A program made the position numbers and the translations under genes. This document shows, piece after piece, positions 28,467 to 37,629 of a stretch of DNA of 64,000 bases. The notes under the pieces are model-generated. The model was not told where the DNA came from. It saw nothing but the letters and a program-made list of their open reading frames with translations, and ran no database searches. Source of the DNA: Bacteroidales bacterium UBA3543 (GTDB lineage Bacteria > Bacteroidota > Bacteroidia > Bacteroidales > UBA932); assembly GCA_002376715.1 (NCBI GenBank), contig DFOK01000110.1:67-64066 (forward strand), written 5' to 3'. Position 1 is the stretch's first letter. Each line of letters begins with the position of its first letter.

Positions 28467-29780
28467 CTACAGACTATTAAATACTCCTGCAAAAAGTATT
28501 ACTCCGGAGGTTTTTTCAACTATGGTATACACGAATGGATGGTCTGCAAAAAATTCAATCTCTTTATCAGGCTGACCGGGAAAAGAGGTAAATCCTATCT
28601 GTACCGCTGTAACGGCTGCCGCCTCTGTACCCCATTCAGTTACATTTATACGAGCCTTCTGGATAACCGATCCGATAAAGAAATCTTTGATAGCAGGATG
28701 GGACAGCAATTTGTCAAATTCAGCATTATTAGGATCAAAAGCACGACGAATTCCTAATGCATTTAACATCTCATTGAGGTTGTATTTATCCTCTATCTCA
28801 AACCTGGGTAGCCGGAGCTTTACAAGTGCATCATTCGACATTGATGCTAAGGCTGTAGACCAACTCTTCTGAGTGAGGGATGAGAGCAGACTCTCCAAAC
28901 CATTACTGCCCTTTATGTCAGGCAGGATGATATACATGGCAAACTTACCATTTGCATATGGAAGTTCTACGATACCATTTTTTCCAATTTTTCCATAACG
29001 GAAATTCCTGGAAGCAACCATATAATCGACCTTCCTTGTTCCTCCTCCATCCAGATAGAAGGGTTTGGATTTCTCAATATCATCACTGTTAAACATAGGT
29101 TTCCCTGACTCTTCGCTCCATTTCGCCTTGAAATAAAGCGCATTTAAAATAGCAGCAGCGAAATTATCGATAATGTCGCTTTCATCAAGAAACGGAAAGA
29201 TAAATCCGTTGGTACTGCGATATGCCCATTCGTTGATCCGGTCAACAACAACCTTGGGATTTTTAGCATCCACATACTCCACAGGTGCATAGTAAACCTT
29301 TTCTGCAATATTGCGAAAAGCATCCTGAACACGGAATTCTTTATTTACAATCACCGCATCAGTCAACTTTACTTCGACAGAATCATCAAGCGCAGGCAAC
29401 TGATTGAGCAAAAGGTTGCAATACTCATTCAGGGCATCTTGGTTTTCCCCATAACCCAATGTCCTTATAATCTCCGAAGCAGTTTCACCACTGGCGCCGT
29501 TTGCTGTGATGGCAAGAGCATACTGCAAACTGAGCGGAGAATAGATAACGCTCGCTTGTCCCTGCTGGTAAAGGAGCTTTAAACTATTTATCGCAAAAGC
29601 ATTACCCGAATTGACATAGGTTTTTTGTTCTTCACTCAACGTCACTTTGGATATAGGATCTTTCGGGGAGGGAGAAATGATGTCAATGGGATCATTTACC
29701 TGCGGAACATCATTTTTTTCGCATGCTGCCAAACCAAGAGCAGCAATAAAGAAAACCAATAAAATTTTTAGCCGTTTCAT
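28467..29780 (-). CDS. Serpin-family protease inhibitor, lipoprotein
   Basis: 437 aa with lipobox ALGLAAC. Serpin hinge and C-terminal signature GTEAAAVTAV ... FFADHPFVYTIV ... ILFAGVF. Confidence 0.85.
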   Translation of the reverse strand: MKRLKILLVFFIAALGLAACEKNDVPQVNDPIDIISPSPKDPISKVTLSEEQKTYVNSGNAFAINSLKLLYQQGQASVIYSPLSLQYALAITANGASGETASEIIRTLGYGENQDALNEYCNLLLNQLPALDDSVEVKLTDAVIVNKEFRVQDAFRNIAEKVYYAPVEYVDAKNPKVVVDRINEWAYRSTNGFIFPFLDESDIIDNFAAAILNALYFKAKWSEESGKPMFNSDDIEKSKPFYLDGGGTRKVDYMVASRNFRYGKIGKNGIVELPYANGKFAMYIILPDIKGSNGLESLLSSLTQKSWSTALASMSNDALVKLRLPRFEIEDKYNLNEMLNALGIRRAFDPNNAEFDKLLSHPAIKDFFIGSVIQKARINVTEWGTEAAAVTAVQIGFTSFPGQPDKEIEFFADHPFVYTIVEKTSGVILFAGVFNSL

Positions 29781-29900
29781 AACTTATAGTGTATTGAGAT
29801 TTTTAAATAAAATAATGTCTGTCTAATTACATTTACGCAGTAACTCGCCAAATACTTCCATCACTGATTAAATATTTCAACTGTTTAAAGCATTAAATGA

Positions 29901-30004
29901 TAACATACCGCATAACACGTAACACGCACCAAGTACCCCGCACCGCGTAACCCGAACCTCGCACCAAGTACCTCGCACCATGTAACACGTAACTCGCACC
30001 CCGC
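29901..30004. repeat. G-poor post-stop element (GTAACNCGCAMC units)
   Basis: cataacacgtaacacgcaccaagtaccccgcaccgcgtaacccgaacctcgcaccaagtacctcgcaccatgtaacacgtaactcgcacc ends at the stop of the deoxynucleoside kinase gene. Most G residues occur within CG dinucleotides. Confidence 0.75.
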
Positions 30005-30616
30005 TCAAAAAAGCCCGAAGAGACGGGCATCGATCCGGTTGGTAATAGATGCAAAATCTTCAGGCCTGTTTTCAAAATCCAGATTATCTGCATCGATGAT
30101 GAGCACTTCGCCGGGATATTGCGATATCCACTTTTCATAACGCTCATTCAGACCGCGAAGATACTCCAAACTCATGCTCTGCTCGTAATCGCGTCCTCGT
30201 TTCTGAATTCGGCTCACTAAATGAGGAATTGAGGATTTTAGGTAAATAAGCAAATCGGGCAGTTTGATCATTTTGACCATCACTCCGAAAAGGTCCATAT
30301 AGGCATCGAAATCACGCTGAGAGAGATTGCCCATATCTTTATTATTGGCCACAAAAACATAAACTCCTTCAAATATGGTCCTGTCCTGGATAATGACATC
30401 GTCACTGCCGGCAATCTCCATCAGATCCTTTATCCTTTGAGTAAGAAAATAAACTTCGAGATTGAATGACCAGCGCGGAATATCCTTGTAATAATCTTCA
30501 AGATAGGGATTGTAGGTAACGGCTTCGTACTTTGGCGTCCAGCCGTAATGCTGAGCCAACATGCGGGTAAGAGTAGTCTTACCGCTTCCAATATTTCCGG
30601 CTATACCTATATGCAT
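30005..30616 (-). CDS. Deoxynucleoside kinase
   Basis: P-loop IGIAGNIGSGKTTL directly after ATG 30616 (the track start at 30637 is GTG). dNK-family length and motifs. Confidence 0.85.
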   Translation of the reverse strand: MHIGIAGNIGSGKTTLTRMLAQHYGWTPKYEAVTYNPYLEDYYKDIPRWSFNLEVYFLTQRIKDLMEIAGSDDVIIQDRTIFEGVYVFVANNKDMGNLSQRDFDAYMDLFGVMVKMIKLPDLLIYLKSSIPHLVSRIQKRGRDYEQSMSLEYLRGLNERYEKWISQYPGEVLIIDADNLDFENRPEDFASITNRIDARLFGLF

Positions 30617-30646
30617 TGCTCCTGTTTTTGAGCCCACAAGATAGCA

Positions 30647-31402
30647 TTATTTTTTGAATAATCCGTACAGGGCACTGCCGGAACCCGACATTGAGGCGTA
30701 AACTGCACCTCTCGAATAGAGTGCCTCCTTTTGTGCTGCAAGGCCGGGATATTTGAGGAAAAGCGATTCCTCAAAATCATTTTTTAAAAGACCACGCCAT
30801 TCTTCCATTGGCCTTTTAATGATGTCCAAAATCGACTCCACAGGCTTGCGCGGCGTTACTCCGGCATAGGCCTCTTTTGTGGATATAAACAGATCCGGAA
30901 TCACCAATTCGATACGGTAATCCTCAAGGGATATTTCCACAGGGGTAAGTACTTCGCCCCGACCGGTTGCATACATCGGACGATTGTATATAAAGAAAGG
31001 ACAATCACTGCCGAGTGAAGCGGCATGACCGGCCAGTACTTCGTCAGTAAGCTCCAGCGAAAACATCTTGTTGAGCAAAATAAGAGTAGCAGCAGCATCG
31101 GAAGAACCGCCGCCGAAGCCGGCACCCGCAGGAATTTTTTTGTAAAGGTGAATGGCAACAGGCGGTAGATCATACATATCCGCCATCAGACGATAGGCCT
31201 TGACGCAGAGGTTTTCCATAGGATCACCGTCAAGAGGAATTCCATAAAGATGCATTGAAAATTTTTCGGCATAAAGCACCTCCAGGATATCGCTATAGTC
31301 CGGACACGGCACAAAGAGAGTCTCAATATTATGAAAACCGTCAGGACGTTTTTCTATAATATCGAGACCCAGATTGATTTTCGCATTCGGAAAAAATATC
31401 AT
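30647..31402 (-). CDS. ispE: 4-(cytidine 5'-diphospho)-2-C-methyl-D-erythritol kinase
   Basis: 251 aa, N-terminus FPNAKINLGLDI, GHMP-kinase motif PAGAGFGGGSSDAA. Confidence 0.9.
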   Translation of the reverse strand: MIFFPNAKINLGLDIIEKRPDGFHNIETLFVPCPDYSDILEVLYAEKFSMHLYGIPLDGDPMENLCVKAYRLMADMYDLPPVAIHLYKKIPAGAGFGGGSSDAAATLILLNKMFSLELTDEVLAGHAASLGSDCPFFIYNRPMYATGRGEVLTPVEISLEDYRIELVIPDLFISTKEAYAGVTPRKPVESILDIIKRPMEEWRGLLKNDFEESLFLKYPGLAAQKEALYSRGAVYASMSGSGSALYGLFKK

Positions 31403-31426
31403 CTTTTGTCTATAAAAGTTCCTCTG

Positions 31427-33949
31427 CTAATTGCACTTGGAATAGCCACATTCCATACATACCAGGCAACCCTCCTGATAGACGAGGTTTTTGCTGGCAC
31501 AATTGCCACATTTCTGACCGGTCTCATCACGGGTGCCGTCGGGAATATAGCGTTTGAGCGCTCGTTCCACTCCATTTTTCCAGGTGTTGATGGATTCGCT
31601 ATCGAGCTCAAGTCCCTGAACCAGGTTGAGGATGTCCACTATGGGCATACCGTTGCGGATAACTCCCGAGATGAGTTTGGCATAATTCCAAAACTCTTTG
31701 TTGAACATGTGTGAGATACCTCCAAGCACACTCGGATAGCCGAGAGCATCGACATAATGGAAATCATATCTGGACTTACCGCTCTTGAGATCCTTCTCCT
31801 TGACAATCCAACCCTTCTCGATGGACCTGGGAATTACACGGGTATCTTCATCCACAATACCGGTAAAAATCTCATAAGGCTGCCCGTCGAGTTTCCCAAC
31901 AAAGGCAATCCATCTCTCCGATCTGTTACGGAAACGAATGATATCAGCCTCAAGTGTCTGAGGGCGCTTTTTAGGTTTGAGAACAGGCATATCCTTGCTT
32001 GTTGAGACAAGCACACCTGAACGGCTGCCTTCACGATAGACGGTCATACCTTTACACCCCGATTTCCAGGCGGTTTTGTAAACCTCCGCAACAGTCTCCT
32101 CCGTGATGTCTTCAGGCAGGTTGACTGTAACGCTGATGGAGTGATCGACCCATTTCTGGATTTCACCCTGCATCTTCACCTTGGATACCCAGTCAATATC
32201 ATTGGCTGTAGCTTTGTAATAAGGAGATTTTTTAAGAAGATCCTCAAGTTCATCTTCATTCATTCCCATTACAGTATCCTTCTCATAACCATTTATCATA
32301 GCCCAGGTAAGGAACTTATGATGGAATACGAAATACTCCTCAAAGCAATCGCCCATATCATCAGTATATGTTATTTTAACATTCTGGTCGTTGGGATTGA
32401 CTTTTTTGCGACGAAGATAAAATGGCCTGAATACGGGTTCGATGCCCGAACTGGTCTGTGTCATCAAACTTGTGGTGCCTGTAGGGGCGATAGTCAGCAT
32501 GGAGACGTTGCGGCGACCGGATTTGACCATACGTTGATAAAGATCAGGGTCTTCGGTCTTGATGCGTATGATCATAGGGTTGTTGATCTCTTTCGAAGCT
32601 TCGTATATGGGGAATGCTCCGCGCTCCTCAGCCATTATCACGGATGACCTGTAAGCCTCAACGGCAAGCGTTTTCTGTACCTGAACTGCAAACTCTATAG
32701 CTTCCATGGTGCCGTAGGTGAGTCCCAGAGCCGCCAGCATATCACCTTCTGCAGTAATACCGAGACCTGTCCTACGTCCTCCCAATGATTTTTTGCGGAT
32801 TTTCTCCCAAAGTTCATATTCCGTCCTCTTAACGTAGTCATCCTCGGGATCAGCCTTGATTTTGGCCATGATAAGATCAATTTTCTCCATCTCAAGGTCA
32901 ATAAGGTCATCCATAAGGCGCATCGCTTTGGCGCAATGTTCTTTGAAAAGAGGAAAGTTGAAGGTAGCTTTGGAAGTAAATGGATTGTCAACATATGAGT
33001 AAAGGTTGATGGCAATCAGGCGGCAGGAATCATAGGGACATAAGGGAATCTCACCGCAGGGATTTGTGCTGACAGTCCTGTAGCCCTTATCTGCATAACA
33101 ATCGGCCACCGATTCCCGAAGAATGGTGTCCCAAAAGAGAACGCCGGGCTCCGCGCTCTTCCAGGCATTGTGGATAATCTTTTTCCAGAGTGCGGAAGCA
33201 TCAATTTCCTGAGTCACTTTCGGCTTTTTACTGTAAACCGGATATTGTTGGGTGTAAGTGCTTCCGGAAAGAGCTGCACGCATAAAATCATCATCGATCT
33301 TGACGGATACATTGGCTCCGGTCACCTTACCCTGCTCCATCTTTGCATCTATGAAATTTTCCGCATCGGGATGCTTAATGGAAATCGTGAGCATAAGTGC
33401 ACCCCTACGGCCATCCTGTGCTACCTCACGGGTGGAGTTGGAATATCTCTCCATGAAAGGAACCACACCCGTCGAAGTAAGGGCACTATTGAGTACCGCG
33501 CTGCCAGTAGGCCTGATATGAGAAAGGTCATGCCCCACACCACCTCTGCGCTTCATGAGCTGTACCTGCTCTTCGTCAATCATCATGATGCCGCCGTATG
33601 AATCTGCAGGACGCTCGTGACCTATCACAAAACAATTGGAAAGCGAAGCCACCTGATGCTCATTGCCGATACCTGTCATCGGGCCTCCCTGAGGAATGAT
33701 ATATTTGAAATCCTTAAGTAACTCAAAGATCTCAGATAGTGTCATCGGATTGGGATATTTATTCTCTATCCTGGCAAACTCCGCAGCCAAACGCTTGTGC
33801 ATATCGGTGGGAGATTTTTCATATATATTACCGAAAGAGTCTTTTAGTGCATACTTATTAACCCATACGTTGGCGGCCAGTTCGTCGCCCTTAAAATAAA
33901 TCTTGCTCGCAGCGAGAGCTTCATCAAAAGAGTACTTCATGATTGACAT
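31427..33949 (-). CDS. nrdJ: Adenosylcobalamin-dependent (class II) ribonucleoside-diphosphate reductase
   Basis: 840 aa. Active-site region STNPCGEIPL and C-terminal zinc ribbon CGNCASKNLVYQEGCLVCMECG. Confidence 0.9.
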   Translation of the reverse strand: MSIMKYSFDEALAASKIYFKGDELAANVWVNKYALKDSFGNIYEKSPTDMHKRLAAEFARIENKYPNPMTLSEIFELLKDFKYIIPQGGPMTGIGNEHQVASLSNCFVIGHERPADSYGGIMMIDEEQVQLMKRRGGVGHDLSHIRPTGSAVLNSALTSTGVVPFMERYSNSTREVAQDGRRGALMLTISIKHPDAENFIDAKMEQGKVTGANVSVKIDDDFMRAALSGSTYTQQYPVYSKKPKVTQEIDASALWKKIIHNAWKSAEPGVLFWDTILRESVADCYADKGYRTVSTNPCGEIPLCPYDSCRLIAINLYSYVDNPFTSKATFNFPLFKEHCAKAMRLMDDLIDLEMEKIDLIMAKIKADPEDDYVKRTEYELWEKIRKKSLGGRRTGLGITAEGDMLAALGLTYGTMEAIEFAVQVQKTLAVEAYRSSVIMAEERGAFPIYEASKEINNPMIIRIKTEDPDLYQRMVKSGRRNVSMLTIAPTGTTSLMTQTSSGIEPVFRPFYLRRKKVNPNDQNVKITYTDDMGDCFEEYFVFHHKFLTWAMINGYEKDTVMGMNEDELEDLLKKSPYYKATANDIDWVSKVKMQGEIQKWVDHSISVTVNLPEDITEETVAEVYKTAWKSGCKGMTVYREGSRSGVLVSTSKDMPVLKPKKRPQTLEADIIRFRNRSERWIAFVGKLDGQPYEIFTGIVDEDTRVIPRSIEKGWIVKEKDLKSGKSRYDFHYVDALGYPSVLGGISHMFNKEFWNYAKLISGVIRNGMPIVDILNLVQGLELDSESINTWKNGVERALKRYIPDGTRDETGQKCGNCASKNLVYQEGCLVCMECGYSKCN

Positions 33950-34076
33950 TTGTAGTTGTTAGGCAAGCTAAAAGGGGCCGAAACCCCTTTGGCATTATTC
34001 TGGGGCCAATAACGCCTGTTTACATATGTAAATTCCGGTACGCAAGTTACAGTAAATTGCATAGGCCTTTTCAATA

Positions 34077-34109
34077 TTATCAACATAGTTATCAACAAAG
34101 TTATCAACA
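34077..34109. repeat. Three phased direct repeats of TTATCAACA (DnaA-box-like) in the nrdJ/thiL divergent intergenic region
   Basis: TTATCAACA at 34077-34085, 34089-34097 and 34101-34109 (12-bp period). Each has one mismatch to TTATCCACA. A minus-strand TAnnTTTG box (CAAAGTTA at 34096-34103) overlaps them. Confidence 0.8.
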
Positions 34110-34164
34110 ATTTTAACAAAGTCCTATCATTCTTACTGTTACATTACAGTTACATTATTTTTTG

Positions 34165-34172
34165 TATTTTTG
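34165..34172 (+). promoter_or_regulatory. Candidate -7 promoter box for the thiL-like gene
   Basis: TATTTTTG matches TAnnTTTG, 19 nt before ATG 34191. Confidence 0.4.
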
Positions 34173-34190
34173 TGAAAATTCCAAAATCAA

Positions 34191-35201
34191 ATGGGCACAA
34201 CTCGTACTGAAATCTCATCTATCGGCAAAGAAAATTTTATCGATAGTCTTTTCGAAAACACCGGGTACACCAATGAACGCACCATAAAGCTCTCTGAAAA
34301 GGGTGAGTGCTGCACTTCTCACAAAATTCTCCTCGAAGGGGTCAATTTTGACCTGGTCTATACCCCTCTCAAACATCTCGGATACAAAGCTGCCCTATGC
34401 GCATTAGGAGAAATCTATGCGCAGCTGCGCCAGCCGGTCTCTCTCTCGCTCAACCTTGGACTATCAAGCCGCTTCTGCGTGGAGGATGTAGCCGATTTCT
34501 GGTCGGGCTTCATCGCTGCCGCCAAGGAGCATAATGTAAAACATCTCTCCCTGGAGCTCAACCCCTCACTCACAGGACTCTGTATCAGCATCTCTGCAGC
34601 AGGCGTTCAGAAAAAAGGCATAATCGCCAAAGTACCCACACCCAAAAACATGGATCTGATCTGCCTCACGGGTAATGTTGGAGCAGCATATATGGGACTT
34701 CACGTGCTACAAAGGGAGAAAATATCCTTCATCAAAGAGAGCTCGCAACAACCCGATCTCTCAAAATACAAACAGATCCTGGCCGCATATCTCAGCCCTT
34801 CAATCAATCCCTCCGTAGTGAGCAGATTTGTGAAAGAGGAACTCTATCCCTCCACGGGATATTTCCTCACCAAAGGCCTGGGTGCAGCAATCTTGGATCT
34901 TGTGAAAGACACGGGCTTCGGAGCCAAAATTTACCTAGACAGGATTCCCGTTTCCTCACAAAGCCTCGAAATGGCTCAGGAGATAGAAATGGATATGGTC
35001 ACCGCCATAATCAACGGCGGAGAGGACTATAAATTCATCTTTACCGTGCCCATTGAAAAGCATGATGTAATCAGAAAAGAATTTCAGGATTATGATGTCA
35101 TAGGACATCTTGCACGCCCTGAAGTGGGCGCAGTGCTGGTAACCCCCGACGGTGCAGAACTCACCATCCGCGCACAGGGCTATGAAGCCTCAGAAAGTTA
35201 G
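34191..35201 (+). CDS. thiL: Thiamine-monophosphate kinase-like (AIR synthase-related) protein
   Basis: 336 aa. LLEGVNFDLVYTPLKHLGYKAALCALGEIYA resembles the ThiL/PurM-fold N-domain. Confidence 0.6.
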   Translation: MGTTRTEISSIGKENFIDSLFENTGYTNERTIKLSEKGECCTSHKILLEGVNFDLVYTPLKHLGYKAALCALGEIYAQLRQPVSLSLNLGLSSRFCVEDVADFWSGFIAAAKEHNVKHLSLELNPSLTGLCISISAAGVQKKGIIAKVPTPKNMDLICLTGNVGAAYMGLHVLQREKISFIKESSQQPDLSKYKQILAAYLSPSINPSVVSRFVKEELYPSTGYFLTKGLGAAILDLVKDTGFGAKIYLDRIPVSSQSLEMAQEIEMDMVTAIINGGEDYKFIFTVPIEKHDVIRKEFQDYDVIGHLARPEVGAVLVTPDGAELTIRAQGYEASES

Positions 35202-36205
35202 CAACAGTTTCTGATACAAGTGCTGCAATGTGAAAATTCGCCGCGAAGACGCCTTTCCACAAGACTGAGCATTCTTTCGCGAAGTTCCGTATTGGAAATT
35301 TTCTCCAACACTTCGTAGGCAAATGCCTTCTGCTGAAGGATCCGTGCCTCTACTGCCGGTATGCCCCTGGTACGCATATAGAAAAGCTCGTCTTCATTTA
35401 AGCGGCCGATGGTTGCTCCGTGGCTGCATTTCACATCATCGGCGTAGATTTCAAGCTGGGGACTGGTATATGCCTTTGCTTTGTCGGAGATAAGCAGATT
35501 GTGATTGGCCTGATAAGCCTCCGTCTTCTGTGCGTCCGGAGCCACATTGATACGGCCGTAGAAGCGGGCTACACCTTCATCATCCAGAATGCCTTTGAAG
35601 AGTTGGTTGCTGTTACATTCGGGAACAAGATGGTTGACATAGATATTGTTATCCATCAGCTGCTTGGAGTCTGTAAGATAGAGTCCTGCCAGGTCACATT
35701 CTGCATGCTTTTCATTGAAGTTGAGAAGGATATCGTTGCGTATAACCCCGCCATGGAGCGAGAGAAACACCATTTTAAGGAAGGCTCTGGTGGCCAGATT
35801 GACCTCATATGAGGTGCCGTGTTCCGCGTTGTTGTGCTCGTTCTGCATGATGTAAAATTCTGCGGATGCATCTCTTTCCAATGTTATGGTCACCTTCTCA
35901 GTAGTCCTGAACTTATCCGGTGAGAAAGTATGAGAGCACTGAATTATCCTGCCCGCCGAGCCCTTTCCGAAATAAAAATCCTGCTGCGTAGAAAGGTGCT
36001 CTTTATAAGATTTGTGGCGTACGGAGATAATCTGGAGCATCTCTTTCATCACCTCCCCCTCTTCCAACCGAAGGGAGAAGGGAGTTTTGCCGCCCTGTAC
36101 CTTTCCATTGACAATAAAGAGCTGCCTTGTCTCTTTCAGAGGCACTTTACATCTGAATTCGCTGGTGAGGGCGGGCGCGTATATGTAGTTCTGTTCCATT
36201 TTCAA
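35198..36205 (-). CDS. sufD: Fe-S cluster assembly protein SufD (short form)
   Basis: 335 aa. C-terminal SufBD beta-helix motifs (QLEIYADDVKCSHGATIGRL, LFYMRTRGI). Its start overlaps the sufC stop by 4 nt. Confidence 0.8.
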   Translation of the reverse strand: MKMEQNYIYAPALTSEFRCKVPLKETRQLFIVNGKVQGGKTPFSLRLEEGEVMKEMLQIISVRHKSYKEHLSTQQDFYFGKGSAGRIIQCSHTFSPDKFRTTEKVTITLERDASAEFYIMQNEHNNAEHGTSYEVNLATRAFLKMVFLSLHGGVIRNDILLNFNEKHAECDLAGLYLTDSKQLMDNNIYVNHLVPECNSNQLFKGILDDEGVARFYGRINVAPDAQKTEAYQANHNLLISDKAKAYTSPQLEIYADDVKCSHGATIGRLNEDELFYMRTRGIPAVEARILQQKAFAYEVLEKISNTELRERMLSLVERRLRGEFSHCSTCIRNCC

Positions 36206-36960
36206 TTTATCAGCCAGTCGTAACCCCGTTGTTCGATTTCCTGCGCAAGTTCGCGGCCTGCACTTTTGATTATGCGTCCTTTGTAAATGACGTGAATGTA
36301 GTCAGGCACAATGTAGTCGAGCAGACGCTGATAGTGCGTGATGACGATAGTTGCATTCTCAGGGGTCTTGAGACGATTTATTCCGCCTGCTACTACACGG
36401 AGCGCATCCACGTCTAGTCCGGAGTCTGTCTCGTCGAGGATTGCAAGCTTAGGCTCGAGCATAGCCATATGGAAAATTTCGTTGCGTTTTTTCTCCCCTC
36501 CGGAAAATCCCACATTGACGCCTCTGGAGGTAAAACTGCTATCCATATCCACATAAGCCATTCTCTCCCGCATCAATTTGAGAAATTGTGCTGCGCTTAG
36601 TTCGGGAAGTCCTTTCCTTTTGCGATGCTCATTTACTGCTGTTTTGATAAAATTGACATTGGTCACTCCCGGAATCTCTATCGGATACTGGAAGCCGAGG
36701 AAAACGCCTGCCCAGGAGCGCTCTTCCGGAGAAAGTTTGAGCAAATCCTCACCCTCATAGAGGATTTCCCCTTCGGTCACTTTATAATTCTCCTTGCCCG
36801 CAAGCACTGCGGAAAGAGTGCTTTTACCGGAACCATTGGGACCCATAATGGCGTGCACTTCGCCCGGCCTCACCTCAAGGTTTACACCCGTGAGGATTTC
36901 ACGGTCATCTACAGAAACTTTAAGTCCCTTTATTTTGAGCATAATGTTGTCGTTGTTCAT
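36202..36960 (-). CDS. sufC: Fe-S cluster assembly ATPase SufC
   Basis: 252 aa, Walker A GPNGSGKST, FSGGEKKRNEI, ILDETDSGLD. Confidence 0.95.
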   Translation of the reverse strand: MNNDNIMLKIKGLKVSVDDREILTGVNLEVRPGEVHAIMGPNGSGKSTLSAVLAGKENYKVTEGEILYEGEDLLKLSPEERSWAGVFLGFQYPIEIPGVTNVNFIKTAVNEHRKRKGLPELSAAQFLKLMRERMAYVDMDSSFTSRGVNVGFSGGEKKRNEIFHMAMLEPKLAILDETDSGLDVDALRVVAGGINRLKTPENATIVITHYQRLLDYIVPDYIHVIYKGRIIKSAGRELAQEIEQRGYDWLIN

Positions 36961-36963
36961 ATA

Positions 36964-37629
36964 TTATTTCTTTTCTTTTTTGTACAATTTAAACCAGTGA
37001 TAGAGCGAAACCAGACCATTGATAAGGTAGAGAGCACTCACTATCGGCATAAAGATGTGACCCACTGAGATATGAAGCACTATCTGAGTGATATTGACAA
37101 ATAGCCAGGCAATCCAGCAGTCCCATTTCTTTTGAGCCGAAAGAAATTGTGCTACAAGTATCAATACCGTAACTAATGCATCCAGATATGGTATCGGATC
37201 TGAAGGAAACACTCCTACAAACCATTTTGTACCCAGCTGCCGCAGTAACCATCCCCATAGGATTGCCAGAATAAATACCGATGCTATGGTTATTATTCTC
37301 TGGCGCCAGGTAAGCATCGTCACTTTTAAGGCTTTCGGATCTGACGAACTTTCCTCCCCCTTTTTAGGGTGTGTCCACCTGTAATGTCCCAAAATATTTA
37401 TACCAAGAGAAATCGGCTGGAGAATGAGACTGGCGTAGAGGTTTTTGTTCCAAAACATCAGGAAGAGGAGTACCGTATAGAAATAACCCACCCAGAAGTT
37501 GTATTTGCTGTTACGACCGGCTAAAAAGACACAGGTCAGACCGAAAATCGATGTGACAAGGTCTATCAGCAACACCGGCACATCACCGCCGATTGTAAAT
37601 AGTGTATAGTTTATTACTTCTTTAATCAT
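36964..37629 (-). CDS. PnuC-family (nicotinamide riboside-type) transporter embedded in the suf operon
   Basis: 221 aa, about 7 TM segments. [22 protein letters not shown] and the W-rich C-terminal half parallel the second PnuC paralog at 52335..53033. It overlaps the sufB stop by 4 nt and ends 3 nt before the sufC start. Confidence 0.65.
   Translation of the reverse strand: MIKEVINYTLFTIGGDVPVLLIDLVTSIFGLTCVFLAGRNSKYNFWVGYFYTVLLFLMFWNKNLYASLILQPISLGINILGHYRWTHPKKGEESSSDPKALKVTMLTWRQRIITIASVFILAILWGWLLRQLGTKWFVGVFPSDPIPYLDALVTVLILVAQFLSAQKKWDCWIAWLFVNITQIVLHISVGHIFMPIVSALYLINGLVSLYHWFKLYKKEKK

Noticed and set aside
33937-34119. 60-aa minus-strand ORF (MLKLLITLLITMLIIL...).
   Set aside because: Its N-terminus is just the translation of the TTATCAACA direct repeats. 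It overlaps the nrdJ leader and has no independent coding evidence.
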